From NCBI RefSeq assembly GCF_018350175.1, contig NC_058369.1, positions 23,190,001-23,254,000 of the forward strand: a stretch of 64,000 bases of DNA, in the 5' to 3' direction. Made by a program: the position numbers and the translations under genes. Below the pieces are notes generated by a model that did no database searches, was not told where the DNA came from, and saw only the letters and a list, made by a program, of their open reading frames with translations. Shown one piece after another: positions 1-12,606 of this stretch. Source of the DNA: Felis catus. Lineage: Eukaryota. Positions within the stretch are counted from its first letter, which is position 1. Each line of letters begins with the position of its first letter.

Positions 1-85
1 GTCTGGAGTGGGGCTCAGGATTATTCATTTCTAAGACACTAATTCTGCTGATATTCTGTGAACCACACTGCAAATACTGAGACCC
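1..85. mobile_element. MER5-like hAT-Charlie DNA transposon remnant (truncated by window edge)
   Basis: ggagtggggctcagga…tttctaa…gaaccacactg…aatactg resembles the MER5 arm. Confidence 0.5.
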
Positions 86-1481
86 TATAGCTCAAGGAAT
101 CTATTGGAAGAACAAGACTGGTGGAAGATGGACTGAGTTTAATGACCTTTTCTCCAAAGGCCAGCCAGTCCATGGAGACCTCAGTCCATGGGAACCCCTA
201 GATTTTAGAATCTTCTCCATAAATGCCTCTTCCCAAGAAGATTGAGGGAATAATACCTGATTTTTCTATGGAACTAAGCTGTGGAGAAGTACACATCAGA
301 AAGCACCGTAAACTGAAGATAGTGGATTCTCGTTCACAGATTGCTTCATTTGAGGCTAGAATGGACTGCGAAACCAGAAGGGATCTTTCTCCCACCAGAC
401 TTTTCCATCCTAATTTTGGTCCCTGTCAGAAGTGTCACATGCCTTGATCTCACTTTGGACTCTGCTACTTACTAGCCATGTGACCTTCAGACAGGGAAAA
501 GAAACCAGCATCCTTCGAGCATGTCCTTATGCCAGGTACAATGCTGGGAAGTTTCATATTTTATCATCATGGCAACAATGCTGGGGAATAATTGGCATTA
601 TTTCATATGAGGACATGGAGGCTTAACAAATACAGTTAATAAAGGTTCAAAGCTGAGAATTAAAACCAGGGTTGTTTTGGACCAATGCCTACTGTGTTCC
701 AGGACTCTGTTTCCCCATCTGTTATTAAGGCAGGGTAAGGGTTTCTGCCTGCCTCCCAACATGATGTGAAAAGCAGATGTGACGGTGGGTCTCAATCATT
801 TGTATGCACTTCAGATGGTCACAGAAGTGTATTGTTTGCCGTATTTCAAGGGTTGTTATTTCAGGAGAAATGTTAGCCTCTTAGCAGTGATTTGAGAGAT
901 CAGATGATCAAGTTATGTTTGTGTTTTGGTTTTGTTTTGTTTTCTGTCTGGGACTGGCACACAGAGATGTGTAGAGCTACCAAAAGGCCTTGACTTGGCT
1001 ACCTTGGGGGGAATAAATGATTCCAGATTCCATTGTTTCCAGCAGGGGCAACTCATAAAACCCTTATGCTCGTGTTTTCTGATCCTCAATTTTCAGATTA
1101 AGGAGAAGCATTCATATTGCACATATTGCACATAAACGTCTGCAGTATAAAAGAATAAAATCAATCTGTGGTAATAAAATGAAATGAATCACTATGATCC
1201 AAACAAGGCTTTATTTGAACCCAAATGGCTGAATACGGTAATAGATATCTGGACTGATCGATGGCAACTGACTTTGTTTCTGCAGCCATGGACTGGGATC
1301 CTTATCTCTGAGTCAGAGTAGAGAGATGTTACATTCTCTTCTAGGCTACTGGCTTGAGTGGGCACTGGTCCATTCCCAGTGGCCCCTGGTCAGGAAAGGA
1401 TGAGACGGTCGAGGGCCATGGCCTCCAGCCATCTGTGGTTTCCAGATCATTCCCAGGTAACTGGCTTTTCTCTCCACCTAG

Positions 1482-1553
1482 CTTGCCGATGATCAGGGCC
1501 TCGTCCTGATGACCACGGTCGCCATGCCTGTGTTTAGTAAGCAGAACGAAACT
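1482..1553 (+). CDS. CACNA2D3: CACNA2D3 coding exon (~15), 72 nt, phase 0-0: LADDQGLVLMTTVAMPVFSKQNET
   Basis: Acceptor ctttt ctctccacctag|CTT, donor ACT|gtgagt; translation matches alpha2delta-3. Confidence 0.96.
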
Positions 1554-1826
1554 GTGAGTACAGCGGCTGTGCTCCTGCTTGATGCTAAGAGGGTTGCTAT
1601 CTCAGATACCCTCTGACTCAAGCCCTGGTGACCTTTCTTTATTTGTGTTAAGGATAGGGGATATATCATTTGTCCTCACTTTTAATCAAGAATAGATGAG
1701 AGGAATTCCAGCAGGTGTCATGTTACAGGATGCAACACTTTTCCCAAAGTTAAGTGAACAATGACCAGAGGAAGGAAAAACCCGGAGAGAATCGAATGAC
1801 CCCTCCCCGATTTATAGTGACCAGCC

Positions 1827-2205
1827 TTGTGTTGGTTTCCTTGGGCTGTGGTAACAGAGGGCCACAAACCGGTGGCTTATAACAATAGAAATTTATTCTC
1901 ATCATTCTGGATTCTAGAAGCCCCAAATCAAGGCGTCGCTAGGACAACGTTTCCTTGGAAGGCTCTAAAGGAAGATCCTTCCAGCGCCTGGATATTCCTT
2001 TGTTTGTGGAAGCTCTGCCTACATCTCCATGTGACCTCCTCCTCTCGTGGGTCTCTCCGTCCTCTTATAAGGACACCAGTCACTGGATACAGGGCTCATC
2101 CTAAATCCAGGATGATTTCACCTCAGAGCAATGACACCCTATTTCTAAAAGGGTCAAATTCTGAGGTTCCAGGTGGACTTGAACTGGGGAGAAAGAATAG
2201 ACAGT
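1827..2205 (-). mobile_element. MLT1 (ERVL-MaLR) solo LTR
   Basis: tgtgttggtttccttgggctg…taaca…ccacaaac…ggtggctta…aca…agaaatttattctc and cttataaggacaccagtca…tggat hallmarks. Confidence 0.85.
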
Positions 2206-2795
2206 AGCAATGTGTCTCTTCTTCCAGAAGGTCTTTCTGACCTGGACAGTTTCAATGCATCACACTGACTTTGGAAACGAGGACCCGTCCTGGGGGCCTG
2301 TTCCTTCATCTTGGTCCTTGGTGCCAATACACAGCTACAAATGTGAGGGTTATTATCTCTTTCCTCTGGGCACCAGATGGCAGTGTAAATTGAGAAAGCG
2401 GTTAACATGCTAAGTCTTTCCTGTAGGAAGCTCCCCTAAAATAAACTGGTTAATGGTCACAGTCCTTAGTTGCTGAAACTTTTGTGCTACTTCACATTAA
2501 TTTTGAATTTTCAGGAGCGAGAAGAGATGGCTATTAGGGCATCCTGGTATAGGCGTGTATTGAGAAGTATGGTAATGAGTGTTTGGCCTGAGAAGCTACC
2601 ATTCTTGTCTAGCAATATGGGGGGGGGGCGGGTAGAAGAGGGGCCTTGTAGAGATCTGGGTTAATCCTTGATTTCTAGAAGCTTACAGAAGGTACTAGAC
2701 AGTGATCTATGGTGTGTGGCTTGTCACTAGGTTCTTTTCCTTCTACCAAAGTAACTTACTATTGTTGTTATTGCTTAATGTTTGCTTTCCAACAG

Positions 2796-2876
2796 AGATC
2801 AAAGGGCATTCTTCTGGGTGTGGTTGGCACAGATGTCCCAGTGAAAGAGCTTCTGAAGACCATCCCCAAATACAAG
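2796..2876 (+). CDS. CACNA2D3: CACNA2D3 coding exon (~16), 81 nt, phase 0-0: RSKGILLGVVGTDVPVKELLKTIPKYK
   Basis: tttccaacag|AGA ... AAG|gtaatg; visible inside ORF 2709..3050. Confidence 0.97.
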
Positions 2877-2991
2877 GTAATGCATCACCTAATTCATAGT
2901 CAAGGGCCAAGTGTCCAAGATAATTTCACAACCTGCCATAGTGGTAATGAAACATCAAATAAGAGGCCCCTCTACTCTCTTTCTGGTAGGC

Positions 2992-3014
2992 TTTTTTTTT
3001 TTTTTTTTTTTTTT
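2992..3014. repeat. T23 homopolymer
   Basis: Read directly. Confidence 0.9.
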
Positions 3015-5579
3015 GGTAAGAACATTAACAGCTCACGCAGATCTGATTAGGCCTACACATGCTACCCAGGTTTGTGTGGGTCCATGGAAGTCTATATGTT
3101 TATATGGGTCTACACGGGTCCTACATCTCTGATGGTCCTCTAAACCAGTTCTAACTCACCCTAATCTGAGACCCCTCTAAAATATGTTACTTCTTAGCAG
3201 GAACCCAATGGGGCACAAAGGAAAATGGTCTCTGATGCTTTTGCGTACGCATACCCTCTATCCTGGAAGGCGATGGTGTACGTGCAAATTAATGCTCTTA
3301 ATGCTAAATTAAAATCCATGGCACTAAGAAAATTATAAGTTTCTTTTTCTTGACTCTGGGGGTAACTAAGGGAGTGGAGTAGGTAATTTTGGAGCAAAGA
3401 GGACACAGCAAACCTTGGTGAGCCACTGCTTTGGGAGTGCAGACCAGCATAAGAGCATTGTAAGGCATGGGCAGTGGAGAAGGAGCTCAGATGGAAGGGA
3501 CTCAGGATTGGGGTGGAAATGCCAGAACTCCACTCCACATGAGAGGCCAGCCCTGCATTGGGATGAGGGTACGGGCCATGCTTGCCCCTTTGTCCGGCCC
3601 ACACTGCACTTCCCAGCACTCTATTACAGGCACTATTTCTTCAGTTTACTTAGTGCTTCTACATTTGGGAACAGAGGGCCTCTCATGGACCGTCACAGTG
3701 CCACCCTCAGCTAGACCTACCCCTGTCTCCATGACAGGCCTCCCAGCTCCGTCCAGAGTGACCTCCCAGCCATCTGCAAACCAGAGTCTGCTGTGTCTGG
3801 GGCAGGCCAGCACGGCACAAGCACCCATCCAAAGCTGGTGGACGGCGCTGCCACCTGGCTGATTGCAGAGGACGGGCAGTCACCAAGAAGGTGACTAGTG
3901 GCAGTAGCCATCTCGGGGTCCCTGAGGATGACGCCAACTGTTGCTTATGTTCCCTGGCTGCTCCAGGTATATTGCTGTGGTTAAATCAGCACGTTAGTGA
4001 AATCAGAGCAATAGACCTACCAGGGGCCTGGTTTCCAATACAGCCAGGCTCCACACCCCACTTCCTGTACAACAGTGTTTTCCTAATTCAGCCTTTGCTT
4101 GCCACTATCAAGTGGCATTGCCCTGTCCTTAAACCTCCTGCACGGGTACTGAGCAACACGGGTACTTTTTCATTAAGTGGACTTGCTGATTTTCTTAATG
4201 AGTTCCTCTGACCCCAGCCTGAACAATCACGTGTGAAGTCGTAAGTTGAGATGTGATCATTATATTTTTCTGATACACAAGTGAGCCAGGGACTGACATG
4301 ACCTTTGAAAAACATGGCCGAGACAGTCCTTGAACCCCATATAGAAAATTCTCACTTGTTCTCTGGCAGCAGTTCTACAGAGAAGCAAATGCAAAGGTGC
4401 TGAGACGAAAGTCCCCTCAAGCCCCACCACAGCCATGCGTTTGGAACTGCCCAAGAGCTATCTCAGTGTGTGCACAGGCGTGGGAGTGCAGGAGGGAACA
4501 GAGAACGGCCCCACTCCCAGTCCTGAGAAACGTCCCTTGGACCGACACAGTTCCCCTAACTGCACGAGGATGAAAACCACACCCGTCCCCTCTTCCCCAG
4601 CACCAAGCAGACTGGCTTGCCTGTCTCTACTTTGGCCCACTCGTAGATTGACAAGAGTTCCCTTTGCCCCAGTATGGAGGGAGGCAAGCTCCTTTGGGCC
4701 AGGAGTCTGAGATTGCTAACTGGCTAACAGTCCCCCTTCCTTACCACCTTCATCTGACATGCTGAGCTTCTCACTAGGGTCCATTCCTAGCCTAGCCACA
4801 CTTGTGAGGGGCCCAGAGATCTTCTTGGACCTCAGTAGGAGGAATGCAATGGTTAGTGCTCTGGAGGCAGATACACTGGGGTCCCAGCACCATCCCTGAG
4901 GAGTTCTGGGTGGACATGTCTCTCAAATCCTTAGTTCTTCTGTCCAGTGATAACAATACAACCTGTTCATAGACTTGCGTGAAGCATTGACCATTATTGT
5001 TAACTAGGAACAATGGTAACACAGTGGTCAAGGTGATGGGAATGACTCCTGGCCTCCTGGCCCTGTTTCATGTGGGATGCTGCCAGCATAGTGCTGTTCA
5101 TATCTTTCCCATGCCAGGTTCAGGCAACTATGGGCCTCACATCCATTGGACCTTTGCTAAAATGGAATGCCAACAAAACGATGGTTTAACTGAATGACGA
5201 GCTGAGCATACTCTGGGATCCTCTGCCACTTTTAACAGTGGGGTTTTCCAAGAATTTTAAAAGACCTGAGGAAAAGTTTATGATACAAGGTCATGTGCTG
5301 TAGGCAGTTGACAACAAGGACAGCCTTACCTTTTGACAGAGGGTCAGGATAAGAGCAAGCCAATGGTTCAGCCAGTCACCAGGCATCGCAGTAAACTCTT
5401 GTCCCAAAAAATCAGCTGAGCAGATGACTGCAGCCGAAATGATCATGTCATCTCTCAGAGGGTTGGATGCAAAGTGAGATATGCATAAAATGGCCGTTTA
5501 AAACACCATTTGTGGTACCAGGCAGGGAGTCTCATGGTATAATATTAGCAGATAACATTTGCCAAGTACTCAGCACTGT

Positions 5580-5765
5580 CCAAAGTGCATTGCCCACATC
5601 GTGACACCAAATGCCCCTCAGATGAGTGCAGTGCTGTTGTATCCATTCTTCTCATAAGGAAACTCGGGTTCATAGGGCTTCTGTTCACAGAGCTCGGGCC
5701 ACCTGAGCAGGAAGTGGTGAATGTGATTTGAACCAGGTCTGTGTCACTCCTAGACCCATGTGCTT
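5580..5765 (-). mobile_element. MIR
   Basis: atccattctt…aggaaact…gatttgaaccaggtctgt. Confidence 0.55.
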
Positions 5766-5971
5766 CGGGCAGATCTAAGCCATTCATGTAATACTTCATG
5801 ATTTGTTGCCTTGTTCATATACCATCTACACCATTATTTACATAACAGTCCATTTGTACATCAACTCAAAACTTTCCTCACTTAAGTAAATTGTAAAGGG
5901 AAATACCATTTGCAAAGAACAAAGTGTCATTGGCCAATATTAAAGAATTGGAAAAAAAAAAAAAAGAAAAT

Positions 5972-6195
5972 AGGAGCGCCTGGGTGGTCTCGTTGAGTGT
6001 CTGACTTTGGCTCAGGTCATGATCTCATGGTTCTTGGGCTCGAGCCCCACACTGGGCTCTGTGCTGACAGCTCAGAGCCTGGAACCTCCTTCGGATTCTG
6101 TGTCTCCTCTCTCTACCCCTCCTCTGCCTGTGCTCTGTCTCTCTCTGTCCCTCAAAAATGAATAAATGTTACAAAAAAATTTTTAATTAAAAAAT
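5972..6195 (+). mobile_element. Can-SINE (SINEC_Fc-like)
   Basis: ggagcgcctgggtgg…ggctcaggtcatgatctc…gctgacagctcagagcctgg, CT tract, AATAAA, A-rich tail; short aaaatag duplication. Confidence 0.95.
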
Positions 6196-7190
6196 AGTAT
6201 TAAATTATTGCTTGATAATATAGGGTTCTGAACTTGAGATCTGTTCTTTCTCTTTTAAGGTAGTATGAAAGGCAAGTGTTAAAGATATACTAAGTGGCAA
6301 CTCTCTTTGATAAATTGGAATGATGGAAGAAATTTTGAAAGGGCTGGCTCTCACTAGTGATCCTGGCCTAGTAAGTTCCATACCAGCTCTGCATGCCACA
6401 TAAAATAAATAACCCACACTCTGGGTTTGGTTTTGTTTTTAAGAAAGCAAAGTCATGCATGGGAAGATGACAGGCAGCTGAGGAGTGAGGACCATGGGTA
6501 TTGTTCAGCCTGGGACGATGGATGCCCCTGCCTCACTCCTGCCTTCTGGGTTCCTCTCAGCATGGACACCAGCACCATGGCCACCATGCATAAGCCCATG
6601 TCCCGTGCTCCCCCAGACTGGAGGGTCTGACTCTTTCCAGCACTTTCTGTCTTGTCCTTGGCACCTGCTCCATTCCTAGAAGAGGAAACTTCTTTGAACA
6701 AGGAAGTCATGTCTGTTCCCATATGCTGATGCCATTTAGCTCATAAAATTAGAAAGTCACCTTCATAACAAGAGGAAATGAACTCTGAGCTAAAATCAGG
6801 TGTTCAGGCTCACAAAAGGGGGCCTCCTTAGCAAAAGAACACTCCTGCTTGGCTTTACTGAGATGACAAAGGCCCTTTGTCCTCCTGCCACCCTGGGCCA
6901 CTGACGACCAGCTTCATCCACCACCAAAGTTTTTATGGTTGGAGTTAGGTTTCCAGAGGCATGATAGGACAGCTGGTTGATCGAAACCCACATAATCAAG
7001 TGTTGAAAACTGTGTAGCTCCCCCAGAGACAGAAAGCCACAGGAATGAGGGAGGGATTTGAGGCGCTGAAAGATAGTGGACCTTACTTTTATTGAAACCC
7101 CAAAACCCAGATGCCCAGAATTTATGGCTCAGTGTTTAAGGAAGGGCATCCCACCTTTACAGAATGTTTGCAAACATTTCTTACACCTCT

Positions 7191-7405
7191 TTTTTTTTTA
7201 TTTTTTAAGGTTTATGTATTTACTTTGAGACAGACAGAAAAAGCACGAGTGGGAGAGGGGCAGAGAAAGGGACAGAGAGAGGATCCCAAGCAGGCTTCAT
7301 GCTGCCAGTGCAGAGCCTAACACAGCACTCAAACTCACAAAACCGCGAGATCGTGACCTGAGCCGAAGTCAGATGCTTAACTGACTAAGCCACCCAGGTG
7401 CCCCC
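7191..7405 (-). mobile_element. Can-SINE (SINEC_Fc-like)
   Basis: T tail, GA tract, gagatcgtgacctgagccgaagtcaga…gccacccaggtgcccc. Confidence 0.95.
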
Positions 7406-7544
7406 TGACATCTCTTATTTCATATGAGAAGATGTAGAAACTCAAGTACAGGGCCACTGCTTGATAGATGCCCAACAATCAAGACAGTATGAACATAATA
7501 GGTAATAATGATGACCCTGTGCCTCAATTTCTCCTCACAGTTTC

Positions 7545-7715
7545 CTCTACCAGGCAATGTGCTGAGCTCTTTATAGCATCATCTCCCTTCTAATAGGTAG
7601 ACCTTGCCATTACCCCCCTTTTATAGCTAAAGAAACTGAGGCACATAAAGCTTAAGTAGCTTGCCAAGTCTCACAGCTAGCAAGCCATGATTTTAGCCAC
7701 ATTGCCCTAAAACCA
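7545..7715 (-). mobile_element. MIR
   Basis: ttttatagctaaagaaactgaggcaca…taagtagcttgccaag.tctcacagctag core. Confidence 0.75.
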
Positions 7716-9049
7716 TTAGGAACAATAAAGGGCAGTAATAATAGCAGTAGTTGAAATGATAGTTAAAATACTAAAAATAATATAATAGTTGGAATAAAAT
7801 AAGACAATAAAACATTCATTGAGCCTTTTACTGTGTGTTTGGTATGGTAAAAGGGCTTTATGTGCACTATTCCCATTGAATCCTTACTATCGTTCCCTGA
7901 AGTGGGTACCACTTGGCCCCATTATTAGTTGAGGATACTTACAATAACTTTCTCAACATAACTCAGCTAATTAAAGATAAATGAAATGAAATAGAACAAT
8001 AGATTAGAGGAAGATGAGCTACGGAACATTAACCACAGGGCCTGAAATACAGGTACTTCTATTTCACTCCTATTTCCCAGCCTGACCCCTGGGAACGGGA
8101 GACACAGGTACGACATGCCTTAACCTAGGTTGTCCCTTCTCTGGTTCCCACAGAGAGCCTTGGGAAAAGGAGGTACGTCAGCCAGGGACAGCCACAGCCG
8201 AACAGGCTTCTCTCATCCAAGAGAGGAGAGCTCCAGGGAGCAGAGTGTGGCTCACACCTTTTCCTCCTGATTAACACCTTGTAAAGATGAGTCAGCTCTT
8301 GGCTCTTGGGGTTTTCCCAGAAGATAGAATTCTTTCTTTTCCCTTAGCTTCATAGATTTTCCCACAAGCAATCAGACTTCCTGTAATTTTTATTAAGAAT
8401 TCCAGACACCCCAGCAATAACTTCCAGACACCACAGCCTCTGTTAACATAATGAGCCATTTTATAATTGGGTTCACTTCATTAGCCCAAAGTCTGTGCAC
8501 TTGGAAGGGAAGCACCTCGCTCCCTGGGGTGCTGAACCACGAGGCTCCTGGCCTCCAGGAGAGCATGTTTCAGGACGAGGGCCCTTTGGCAGCCCCACGT
8601 ACTGGAAGGCCTTGTGTCTGATTTGTTCCTACCACTCTCTGGGACTGCACATGAGAACGGACAGGAAGACTAGTTCTATTTCAGAGGAGACAAAAACTAG
8701 AGATTTCATCGGGATACTGATGCGTGGCCAGCAACAAAGCTTGGACATTGTCTTAACTATAAGCTTTTGGTTTTTTGAGAAGTTTATCCACAGAATGTGT
8801 TTTGAGGCTTACCTAGGATTTCTTTTCTTACATCTCCATTAGGTTATAGCTACATGCCACCCACCTGAGAAGGATTTTCACCAGATAGTTTCTGAATGTC
8901 AGGAAGACTTTCTCAGGTACAGCCTTGCAAAGGACTGAACTGCACCTGCCATGGCACATCAGCTTCCCCTTTTCGGCTCATCTTTATTATCTACTTTAGT
9001 TCAAACTTTAAAGATGAACTAGACGTTTCGGTAAAGCGCTAAATGTCTT

Positions 9050-10090
9050 AAATACATGTGAACCTCAACTCGAGCACCTGCCATGTGCCAGATGTTATGC
9101 TAGGGGCTGTAGAAGTCCAGGATGAGTGAGATGGTCCATCCCCACAAAGGGCCCATCATAATGGGGGTCGGGGGACTGCCTTTAGAACAAGGCAGAGGAG
9201 AGAAAGAACCAGCTAGGGGCTGAGAGGCAGAAAAAGCGGGTGTCCCATATTCATGCATTAGGATGAAGGGAATAATGGGAAGATTCTCAGGATTTATGGA
9301 AACATGGTATGGAAAGGAGGGTACAATGGGGAGAGTCAGGAGAGACTTCTTATAGGACATGATCCTGATGCTGGGCTTGCAGCGTGGGTGAGCATTAGCT
9401 GGGGGAGATGGGAAGGACAGGTGCTCTGGACAGCTGGCATGTACGAGCAAAGGTGTGGGTGAAAGAGAAAACTGTCAGTGCCATGCGCCCTAAGAGGCAA
9501 TGAGTAGAAGGAGGTAGAGATGGGTACTTAGGTAGGGGCCCGGCCCCAAGAGGTCCTTAGTGGGTTTTACACAGGGGAGCTACAGGGTCGGCGTTACTTT
9601 TGACTTTGAGCAGTCTGGAGCATGGCTTTGTTGGGGCCTCTGTTTGAGGCAGGAAGAACAGTTAGGACCATTGTGGAAGTCTGTCACATTAAACCTACAT
9701 GGATGGTGGGGTAGGGAAGCATCCCTGAATATGAGTAATTTCTACAAGAAAAATTAGTGATTACTTGGATCAAGAAGTTGGGGATGAAAGAAATAAAGAA
9801 GTCTAAGGCTGATGCTCCAGTTTCTAACTTAGGAGTCCAGGTGGATGGGTGGTGCCCCCACAGAGAGGAGCAGAAAAGAACACCGTGTTGGGCTGGGTGA
9901 CTCTGAGGTACTTGGGGGCTGTCCAGGTAGAGATGCCCAACACACAGTTGGACACTTGGATCTGCCAGTGGGGAGAGAGCTAAAGCAGACAAGGGGCCCT
10001 GGGGTTGGAAACTTGTGGGGAAAAGAGTGCTTGAGGGTGGACAGAGGATGAGGATCCTATGAAAAGGAGGATAGCTGGGTATATGGGGCG
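9050..10090 (-). mobile_element. L2 fragments
   Basis: gagcacctgccatgtgccag…tgctagggg; agtctaaggctgatgctccagtttcta…gtggatgggtggtgcc; cagttggacacttggatctg. Confidence 0.65.
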
Positions 10091-11960
10091 AGGAATACGG
10101 AGTGTCGGGAGGGAGTGTGGTCAGGTCCTACAACTGGGAAGATTCAAGAGAGCTTTCTCTACGGCATGGCCAGCAGTCGGGAGGCCACCGGCTACGGTAG
10201 AGTAGGGAGTTCTGTTCTGGTGGCATCTCGGTGGGAGGCATGGGCACCGCAAAGGCAGATTCCGGTAAGTGGGCACCCACGGGCAAGGAGGAGGCAGAGG
10301 GAGCAGCTGGTTGATGGGGGAGGGCCCTGGGTAAGAAGGTCAGCTCTGTGTGATCTGTGCTCCAGTCAGTTCCCTTCATTGTTTCCTGCTTTCTCCTTTT
10401 CCTCTTTCTCCTTTCCCTGCTCCTCATCCCTCCATCCCAACCACCAGTTTGGCCACATGGTTTGACCTTGGCCGTCATGGAACCTGTATTCAGGTAGGGA
10501 GGCAGGCGTTAAATAATCAAAGGTCTTGCTTGACGGATGTCTTGATTCCTTACGATCAGCCTCACAAATAATTATTGTAATTTTGATTAATACTATCCAA
10601 GAAAAGTAAAGAGCGTTAAGAGAGCACATACAAGGAGTCCTACCTTCTTCTGAGTATCACCTCTTACAAGCAAACCGAGAACTAAAGTAATGTACGTTAG
10701 AAGGCACTGAATGTATTAGTGGACTATAAAATACCACTTGTTTGGTCGAATTTTGAATTTGAATTTCCCATCAAATACCACTCTTGACTTTAAATGGAAA
10801 AAGCCAAACTCTGAGTCCTTTTTGACCCCTTCAGTCTGTATTACACTGAGACATAATAATGGTAATTAATGCAGTGTTGACTGTGTCTGACATTTTTCCA
10901 AGAGACAAGATGAAAGGGACAATATACATCTCAAAGGGTAGGAAATCTCTGGTTTATCTTTCACAGCATAATGAAATATACTTTATCATTAAAGTCTTGT
11001 AGAATCTTATTAAGACTTGCTGTGCAAGGTAACTCCAGGAGAAAATGTCTGTTGCCCTTGACTACCACGTGCATATTTGCTTTATGTAATGCAAGGGAAA
11101 CTTTTAATTGTCGGTGTTAAATTCTCTGAAGTTAATTCCACATCACCTTGACGTTAAGCTAACAAGCAGACAGGGTCATTCCTGGTTTGTAAACTGTGTT
11201 GTCTGGATCGTTTAATAGTATCATATTCAAGAATGTGAGCGGCAGAGAATTTGAAAGAAAGGTAACAATGAGTGCTCAGAACTATGAAATAACTTGTCGG
11301 AAAAAAAATAGAGGGTATTTTTTCCTCTCTCCTTTCACTGCTCTGGCAAAAGTGGGCTACGTTTTCTTTCTTCAGAGAGAGAGATCAGTATGGGTTTTAT
11401 GCCAGGGGCCATTTTAATACATGAATGATTTGTAGGTAAATTTATTGTAGCCAATGGGTGCAGTCAACTGTGTAATAGAAATATTGTCAAAAAGCCGGGA
11501 TTATTATTTAAATAAGTGCAGTGTTAAATTTGATTACATACTTTTTAAAGCTAATAAAACATTTCATTGCTCTCAAACTATTTCTCATAGTCCCATTTGG
11601 TCAGAAAACATAAATTAAGTGAGGCTCTGCATAGAAAATTACCCAGGCTTTGTGTCGATGGAAGCATGCATGGAAAAGCTTGGCAGCCTCGAAACTTAAA
11701 GACGAAAGGATGTAAAAGGAGTTGGCAGGCTCCTGGACAGGCTGGTGGGGACACTTTCTCCCTGAAGATTTATGGAAGAGGACTCCCTCGGGGCATGCTT
11801 GAGGTGGCCCCATGGGTGTTGACTTGTAGCAAGTCGAGATGTGCATCAGATGGGGCCTCCTCTTTCCTTTCCTTATCAAGAGGTGGAAGACACCCAGGCT
11901 GATAAAACTCTGTTTGCTTCGACAGAGGGTCCTACCAGAAACGTCAGCTACTTTCTGTAC

Positions 11961-11983
11961 AAAAAAAAAAAAAAAAAAAAAAA
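11961..11983. repeat. A23 homopolymer
   Basis: Read directly. Confidence 0.9.
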
Positions 11984-12266
11984 GGAGTTATTTTTGTTTT
12001 AAATAAATCAAAGTAAGGCCTTTGGATGCCAACATGAGGATATGACATTTTAAATTGTGCTATTTGCTGAGCTTATCCTGTGACAGGTCTTCATTTCTAC
12101 CAAATGTCAAGGATCAGCGCCTTGCATTCATTTTAATGAAATATTGTGCTGATAAGGGTTATGAATGCCAAGTTTAAGCTGTAAATTACTAAATGCCGGG
12201 CTGCTTTATGCTTTGTGAATTCACCAGGGAGCCAGCTAATGAAGGTTTCTTTCTCACTTCTTACAG

Positions 12267-12341
12267 TTAGGGATTCACGGTTATGCCTTTGCGATCACAA
12301 ATAATGGATATATCCTGACGCATCCAGAACTCAGACCACTG
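12267..12341 (+). CDS. CACNA2D3: CACNA2D3 coding exon (~17), 75 nt, phase 0-0: [25 protein letters not shown]
   Basis: cttcttacag|TTA ... CTG|gtaaga; Cache-domain GYAF..NNGY.L.HP motif. Confidence 0.97.
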
Positions 12342-12556
12342 GTAAGAGAAGTACCTATTTCTGTGTTTCTCCTCTTATGATTTTAAAAGATTTTCTTCAG
12401 TTCTACAGTGATGACACTTTGCAGTGGTGTTTACCTTAAAAGTTCAATTTATAGCACGGTCTCCTAAAGGTTGTTTTAATAGGTTATAACTAGGTTTTTT
12501 TTGACGCATAATACATTAGTAATGTAGGATAAATATATTTATGATCATTCTTTTAT

Positions 12557-12606
12557 AAATAAATAAATAAATAAATAAATAAATGCATTTATTTATTTAT
12601 TTATTT
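12557..12606. repeat. (AAAT)7-GC-(ATTT)5 inverted microsatellite
   Basis: Read directly; perfect palindrome 12565-12606. Confidence 0.97.

Noticed and set aside
1447..1457. Possible 11-nt microexon (ccag|atcattcccag|gtaact) just before exon 15
   Set aside because: Would leave a 24-nt intron, too short to splice, and would shift the frame
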